From NCBI RefSeq assembly GCF_963853765.1, contig NC_088854.1:9920001-9984000 (forward strand): a stretch of DNA of 64,000 bases, in the 5' to 3' direction. Below, piece after piece: positions 56,875 to 64,000 of the stretch; position 1 is the first letter of the stretch, and the number at the start of each line of letters is the position of its first letter. The DNA is from Magallana gigas (taxonomy: Eukaryota). Under the pieces are notes generated by a model, which ran no database searches, was not told where the DNA came from, and saw only the letters and a program-made list of their open reading frames with translations. Made by a program: the position numbers and the translations under genes.

Positions 56875-58050
56875 ATGGCGGACATTAAGGCTATAAAAGG
56901 TAACCATTGTTTACGTTATTGTAACACAACTACATATATTTATCTAACAGCGACGATAACTACATTGGTCCTGTTGAACGTCTTCAGTCTTTCGTCACAT
57001 CTAACTACGATCCGTGACATTGGTAGGAAAATGAACCATGCAATGGATCAGTTGTACAACCTCAAAAGGACAGCGTATGATGGAGAAGAAACCAGCGGAA
57101 AAACAATAACAAAGATAGTGACGACTACAAGTGGAATCGCCATGAGCCAAACATCAAGATATACAACGGAGACGAGCAGAGCCATTACTACAAAGGCATA
57201 TCCAAAAGAAAGACAGTTAAATTGCACGGCTTGTTTCCAGCATAATTTTACCTTTGTGTTGAATAACAAAAACATGTGCAAACCTACAGAGGAAAGTTCA
57301 TCGATTGAATTAATTGTGTTGATTAGCTCTGTACACTCAAATTCTGAGAAACGAAAAGCACTGAGGGAAACATGGCTTACTCCTACCGATCAAAACAAAA
57401 GTAAATTTAGGTACGCGTTTCTGCTTGGTATGAATCCTAATAACAAACTTCAAGTAGCCCTTGAGACGGAGAGTGCAACATACAATGACATTGTACAAGA
57501 AGATTTTACAGACACCTACCAAAACCTCACATTGAAAACAATCATGGCTATGAAATGGGCAAGTAGCTTTTGTCAAAATGCAAAGTTTGTTATGAAAACG
57601 GACGACGATATGTTTGTTCATCTACCAGCGTTACATAAAATACTTTTAAAGCACGAAAAGAAACTTCAATATTCAATTGGAGGGCAGTGTAGGATAAACG
57701 AAGGACCAATACGAAGCAAAGGCTACAAATGGTATGTTCCCAAAGAACTGTATCCACAATCCAAGTACCCGGGATTCTGCTCTGGGACGGGGTATGTTAC
57801 TAGTATGAGTGTGGCTAAACAGATATACAAAGTTTCACAACACGTACCTTTTTTTTACCTAGAAGATGTGTACATTGGTCTCTGTGTTAACCGACTAGGT
57901 ATGGGTGTAACAAACTTACCTGGATTTCATGCAGTCAAAGTACCAATTGGTTGTAACTATAAAAATGGAGTGGTAATTACCTCGCATCAACTTGATCCCA
58001 AACTTCTTCGTAATGTGTGGAGTTTGAAGTGCAACGCCACAATATTTTGA
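56875..58050 (+). CDS. Beta-1,3-galactosyltransferase (GT31 family), intronless CDS, 391 aa
   Basis: N-terminal TM segment (YIYLTATITTLVLLNVFSL), Thr-rich stem, then RKALRETW, DIVQEDFTDTYQNLTLKT, MKTDDDMFV, YPGFCSGTGYV and EDVYIG motifs. Confidence 0.95.
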   Translation: MADIKAIKGNHCLRYCNTTTYIYLTATITTLVLLNVFSLSSHLTTIRDIGRKMNHAMDQLYNLKRTAYDGEETSGKTITKIVTTTSGIAMSQTSRYTTETSRAITTKAYPKERQLNCTACFQHNFTFVLNNKNMCKPTEESSSIELIVLISSVHSNSEKRKALRETWLTPTDQNKSKFRYAFLLGMNPNNKLQVALETESATYNDIVQEDFTDTYQNLTLKTIMAMKWASSFCQNAKFVMKTDDDMFVHLPALHKILLKHEKKLQYSIGGQCRINEGPIRSKGYKWYVPKELYPQSKYPGFCSGTGYVTSMSVAKQIYKVSQHVPFFYLEDVYIGLCVNRLGMGVTNLPGFHAVKVPIGCNYKNGVVITSHQLDPKLLRNVWSLKCNATIF

Positions 58051-60233
58051 TGTAATGTGCCAATATTTACTGATCTTTCACATATATGATGTATAGTGTA
58101 GAAACTTTTGATATGTGACAGTCGTAAATTGACTGGATATTGTTAATAAATTCATCTGCTAAACAACTTTGTATGACACAATAAATTGGTGTAGTTTCTG
58201 ATTTTTTGTCGGTAGAATTGATCAAAATGTGATTTTGTATAGGTGAAATGAAAAGACACGTATCTTATGTATAACATACATTTATTTTTAAAATGGACAA
58301 CCAGAATGAATATCTCATATTGTTTTATTAAAGAAATTTTGTATATTTTGAGAAAATTAATTTTATTCGTCTAATTTTCAAAAAAGATAGACAACTTTTT
58401 GAATATGTTCATTTTATTGACTATATATAGGCTCCTGAATTTTGTTCATGTCTGCCTCATAATATCAAAAAATTAATGTAGTTAAGATCAATCCGAATTG
58501 TTTAAATCATCTCTGTCATGTATGAACTACTTAAGATGCTTAGTCGGATAAAAACGACCCATTCTCTATTCGACATGCCTTGACAAGAAGCGTTTGGAGG
58601 TCATCAGTTGACTTTGAACAAATGAAATGTTGACCAATCAACGTTGCACAAACCTATTTTATAAAGCGTTGGAAGAAAGTGAAGCTATTCAATGCAAAAA
58701 ATGAAATAGTCACTGACAGCTAAGCAAAATAGTATTGCAACACATAAATTCCCCAGAAACACCCCCCCATAAAAAAAATAACCCCAACTGTACGGATATC
58801 TACTCGGAACACAGATTGAAAGCTTGCATGTAAGATAATTTTTGGACAACGCAAAAGTATGAAAACTATTTGCATTCTGACCGACGTGTGTGAGTTTTTA
58901 ACTTAATTGTTATATAAGAACCCCATTGGAAATACGCTTTTTAACAAGGCTTTCATGGGCTCTCCTTAGGTAATATTCATCATTTGTAAGTCATGAAGTC
59001 ATGTAATCTACATGTATATAGAAATAATTGAACAAATTGATTCTTATGAAGTTGCAAAGTGCTGAGATATTTGTTTTTCTAATTGTTATATTTTATATGT
59101 GAAACCATGGCATTTTGTGATATATTTATGTGAATAAAATGAAATGAAATAAAGAGTGATGTGAAATTTGTCAAATGTTTAACTTTAAGACATTATCTGA
59201 ACTTAAAACATTTGAACTCAAAACCAATCCTATGTAAAATTCAAAATTGTATACAAAGGTTCCAGCACGCTTAGTAACCAATTTTTCCATTTAAAACTAT
59301 TTATGTTCAAATACCGGTATAACGAAAACATAATATTTTTAAATGCTATTTAAAAACCATTGTTATACTATTAAACGGTTCATTTGCCCATAAAATTTTT
59401 TCAATAACTTAAAAATTCACAATATTTTAGTATGCGATTTTTTTTATTCTGGATAGCTTAAACTTCTGAAATTTGTGGTCAAAAGAGCTTAAAATGGCCA
59501 TTTTCAAATTTTTTTTTCTTCTGTTACCATGGCAACTCGTCCCCATAGCATCTCTTTAAGGTTGTCTTGTATCTTTATTCACCAAAGAGTTTCAAATACT
59601 AAATATGAAGAAAATCGGTGACTATGCATGGCCACCAAATTTTGATATTCAAAGGGGCTTGATTTGCAATTTTTTAAGCTCTATTAAAGTTCATGAAAAT
59701 GTTAGATAGAAATAATTTTATATATTAAGAAAACGCAAACATTAGCAATAACATAACTTGTTTCTTGGATGCAAGAAAACTTTGATTTATTTCAACATCG
59801 AATTTATTGATTTCAAACAGCGAGATCCTTTACTCAAGTACCGAATTATGTGATTGATTAACAGCAAATTTTACTGTGGTTATGAATGTGCTAAGTTGGA
59901 TCGTAGATGACCCCCAGTAGTGCTTGCCAGGACCCACAGACAGTAAAAGAGGGAGTGGGGACTGATTTTTTTATCCAACTGATAAGATATCGATTGTCTG
60001 AAAACTATTGAACCTGGCAAACACACAAATTCTTAAATTCTTTTCACTTACAGATTTTTTCCTGAAAAGTTTGAATTCAAACTTTTCAACTAAAAATTTC
60101 TCTCTTTTTTAACACGCACGTACACACGACATGACTTTTTATTTGGTTATTTAATGCTTTATTCAAATTTATTCACACACTTGGAGAATACAGTGTATTT
60201 GTGGAGCAGCTAATCCTTTTATAATGATAATAA

Positions 60234-60234
<1 letters not shown>

Positions 60235-60283
<49 letters not shown>

Positions 60284-61991
60284 TTTAAAATAAGGAATGA
60301 CCTTACTCTTGATCTTCGTCAACGAAACTTATGAGTGTAATGGGTGAAAGACTATCTATCTCTTGGTGTCCCTTATTTGAGGAATCAGCTCCTTTTCATT
60401 CATTTTAGTTAAAAGGTATTTTTGTGTACCGCTAAGAAGTGTTTAGAAATTGGTTACCGTTTTTGAGATATCTGGGAAAAATCGTTTTGATATCCGGTCT
60501 TAAAACTCCTTTTAGGGTCCAGATAACAAACAATATATGGTTGTACATTGTTAAGCACAAAATTTTGAGCATGTTTTGTTAAATACTTCTTTCCAGAATT
60601 TTCCTCTATTTCGAGATATTGAAGATCAAAGTGTTGGACTTCTGGCCCCTTTAAATCCCTAATTACATAACATAGAAGGAAATGATTACCATGTATAGGT
60701 AAATAACCTTAGAATGAACATAACTGGCTCTATAACGTATCATAAAATATTTCACAGTAAAAAGTTATCATTAAAAAGACTTTAGAGCCCCCTCAGCCCC
60801 TTATTTGAAGGGCCAGCCCCTTTTTCTTGATTTCATAAGAATGTTCTTGTCAATTCAAACAAATTTTGTTCAACAAGTGTTTACAAATTCTGTACCGTTC
60901 TCGAGATATCTTGAGAGGGTCGTTTCAGGGGCCGACCCTGTCACTCTTTTTAGGGACCGCATAACAAAGAAATTATGGTTGCAGATTGTTAAGCTTAATA
61001 TTTTAAGCATCTTTTGTTCAATATTGCTTTTCAACACTTTCCTCCATTTTGAAATATTGAGCATCAAAGTTTTGGACTTCTGGCCCCTTAAAATCCCTAA
61101 TTACGTAATATAGGAGTAAATGATTGCCATGCATAGGTAAATAACCTTAGAATGAACTTAATTGCCTCTATAACGTATCACAAAATATTTCACAGTAAAA
61201 AGTTATCATTAAAAGACTTTAGTGCCCCCTCAGCCCCTTATTTGAAGGGCCAGCCCATTTTTTATGATTTCAAATAAAAGCTCTAATCAATTCAAACACT
61301 TTTTATTGAACAAGTGTTTAAAAATTTTGTACCGTTCTCGAGATATCTTGAGAGGGTCGTTTTAGGGGCCGACCCTGTAACTCCTTTTAGGGACTGCATA
61401 ACAAAGAAATTATGGTTGCAGATTGTTAAGCTCAATATTTTGAGCATCTTTTGTTCAACATTGCTTTTCAAAATTTTCCTACATTTTGAGATATTGAGCA
61501 TCAAATTTTTGGATTTCTGGTCCCTTAAAATCCCTAATTACGTAACATAGAAGGAAATGATTGCCGTGTGTAGGTTGATAACGTTAGAATAAACATAATT
61601 GCTTCTATAACGTATCACAAAATATTTCACAGTGAAAAGTTATCATTAAAAGACTTTACAGCCCCCTCAGCCCCTTATTTGAAGGGACAGCCCTTTTATC
61701 TTGATGTACATATGCCACATAAAATCTCTTGACTGTATAAAGATTTTTTGTTCTACATGACAAAATAAAATCGAGGAAAGAGATATTGAAAGAAAACAAC
61801 TAAAAATCACGACGCTTTTTTAACTGTAATTTTCGAGCTCGGACGAGCATGAAAGTTTCATGTAAATCGGTGGAGTAGTTTTAGAGAAATCGCGTACACA
61901 AAATTGGTTGAAAAAAAGAAAGATAATAATAATAGGGAAAAAAGAAACCGAACGAAAACAATAAGGTCTTCTGTTGGAAAACGGAAGACCT

Positions 61992-61994
<3 letters not shown>
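60235..61994 (+). mobile_element. Non-autonomous Helentron (HINE) carrying an about 437-bp tandem array
   Basis: 5' AACTAGACACGATCTCGTTGCGAGCAACGAGGAGGTCTTCCG; 3' hairpin AAGGTCTTCTG..CGGAAGACCTTAA; internal repeats. Confidence 0.85.
60430..61700 (+). repeat. About 3 tandem copies of a 437-438 bp satellite-like unit
   Basis: The anchor TTAAAAGACT recurs at 60771, 61209 and 61646. Confidence 0.9.
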
Positions 61995-62036
<42 letters not shown>

Positions 62037-62610
62037 TGATTTTAGAATTTGAGATATATGTCCGATCTTGATTTTGCTATTTAACAGCTAAACATGATTT
62101 AGAATAGAAAAACAGGGTCTACATTCTAAGGGCCAGATACTATTTTGTTTCAGGGATAAGAGCTTTGTTCAACAAGTGTTTAGAAATTCGTCACCGTTCT
62201 TGAGATATCTGAGAAAAGAAAACGTTTAAGGGACCGGTTCCTTATCTCCTTATTGGAGCCGCTGAACCAAATATTGAAGGTTGCATTTTGTAAAGTACAT
62301 CTTTTTGAGCATCTTTTCAACTCCCTATAGGGGCCGTTTAACGAAATTTTCAAAAATTGCATATTATTTAGTACATCATTCTGAGCATCTTTTCTTCTAA
62401 ACTGCATTTCAAAATATTTTTCCTTTCTTAGATATTGGTGATCAAAATTCTGGACTTTTGGCCCCTAAAAAACCCTAATAACGTAACACATGATAAAATC
62501 ATTACATTGCTTGGATATATTACTGTAAGATAAACATATTTGCCTCCATAACCATTCACAAAATATCCCTCAGTAAAGGGCTAAAGATGAAAGACTTCAG
62601 AGCCCTAATG
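61993..62610 (+). mobile_element. Second Helentron copy, head-to-tail, 3'-truncated
   Basis: The identical 5' block AACTAGACACGATCTCGTTGCGAGCAACGAGGAGGTCTTCCGTC restarts immediately after the first element's terminus. Confidence 0.8.
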
Positions 62611-62759
62611 TTGTTATTTCATTAATACAATTAATCATCAGATCTATATCTTTAAAAAAAATAAATTATCTCATGTAACCTGGATTAAAAAATTGAATGA
62701 ACTTTTCAGTTTTCAGTCCATGGATGGTACTTGAATCTGCTTTATCAATAATCGGTTGC

Positions 62760-62970
62760 GTATCATCATTGTTCGTGGGAGACCAATCTTCGTGGCTTTC
62801 GTGGGTAACCCCTGCCTACGAATTTACATCCCCACGAACGTATATGCAAGCATAAGTGTACTATTTATTTACGAAATAGTATTTGTTACCAATGAAATTA
62901 CGTCCACTAACAAAGAAAATTTTGGTTACCCACAAACATTGACCCCACGAATTAAACTGATTCCACAGTA
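62760..62970. mobile_element. Tc1/mariner-type MITE remnant
   Basis: TTCGTGG / CCACGAA subterminal motifs and a GATTCCACAGTA right end. The left TIR is eroded. Confidence 0.5.
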
Positions 62971-64000
62971 TTTGACCCTTTTAAAACTTACTAGTGTGTC
63001 TTGCGAAAAATTTTAACCCTGTAAACCAAATTTTCTTTCATGTTTAAAGCAAGGAAGTAATTGACGTTAATGTAAAAAAACCCACAAAAACCGGCCATTA
63101 AACAAATGTTCCCCCCCCCCCCCAAAAAAAATACATGCATGTCTAATATCCGTGAATTTGGAAATGATCAAGCTATAATTTGCATTACATAAACATTTCG
63201 GATACATCTATCTGTACAGCTATTCATCTACCGATATCTGTGCACCCATCAGTCAGTCAATTCCATACGTGTCTTTCTTGTCCAAATAGCAGCTTCTATA
63301 TAACTTAAAGGATATCAAAAGAATATTTAAATCACAACAAAGCTGAGAGTGCAATTGAAGTGTATAAAAGAACATTGAATGGTTTGAATAAAAAAAACCT
63401 CACCAACAACTCTGAAAAAATCTAAAAAATAGGGAAAATATTTTTGTTGGGTTGAATTAGCGAGCAAAAACATGACATCAAGTAAAACACGCATTGTCCT
63501 TGTTTGCCTGTCGAGTGAAATGAAATAGGATTTTAAAACAATTACTAAAAAAAAGGAAATTTATTTTTTGAGATATAACGACCAAACAATTTTAAGTGTA
63601 AAATAAAAAATTAGAAAAACTCTTTTAACCAGACGCTCTTTTTGAGTAAAGCTTTAGGGCGTTGTGTAGACAATCGTTTGGTTGAGCAAGACTTGGTCAT
63701 AACAACTCCACTGTCAGATACACACGGCGACTTTAAACTTCCATATCGTGTAATAAACCTTCTCTTGCTGCCGGTAAAATGGACAATGGATTCTTTAAAA
63801 GGATAACACTTGTATCTAAAGCTCATGTATTTTGATTGAAAATGATACTTCAGTGGGAGTTTTATAGTGTGTATTAGTTTTGTACATTTAAATTAACCAA
63901 TTTAGAAGACAAACTCGACAATGTATATAATTTTGGTTCCGGTAATTAATCATACACAAATTGTATCCGCATCAATTAGCAATGTATGTCTGTAACCTTG

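Noticed and set aside
60430-61700. ORFs in the repeated units, and a CRISPR-like reading
   Set aside because: Satellite units inside a Helentron with no unique spacers; eukaryotic context.
63611-63826. 71-aa minus-strand ORF near the window end
   Set aside because: It might be a terminal exon of a gene outside the window, but there is no domain or partner exon to support it.

Overview
AT-rich eukaryotic genomic DNA with spliceosomal introns and a 286-N assembly gap. The repeat content (Helentron-type elements carrying satellite arrays, TTAA-flanked Kolobok-type MITEs, CR1/L2-like LINEs) suggests a bivalve, probably an oyster; that is inference, not a database result. Genes I could reconstruct by hand: (1) mitochondrial elongation factor Ts (TSFM, + strand, 6 coding exons, about 300 aa); (2) 900 bp downstream, a single exon encoding a complete MoaC (MOCS1B-type cPMP synthase) domain, with a splice acceptor, no usable start codon and no MoaA partner visible in the window; (3) an intronless secreted Gly/Gln/Ser/Phe/Arg low-complexity protein; (4) a Gfi1/Senseless-family repressor on the - strand with a SNAG motif but only four zinc fingers; (5) an intronless GT31 beta-1,3-galactosyltransferase. 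The most interesting signal is the MoaC exon. It is phase-compatible with TSFM donors, so it may be an alternative last exon of TSFM, giving an EF-Ts-MoaC precursor with an internal mitochondrial-peptidase-like site. That would parallel the human MOCS1AB mechanism with a different carrier. The rest is mostly non-autonomous transposons, nested inverted repeats and hairpins, plus an unidentified decayed spliced unit on the - strand in the first 12 kb. All exon models come from reading the sequence and need RNA-seq confirmation.
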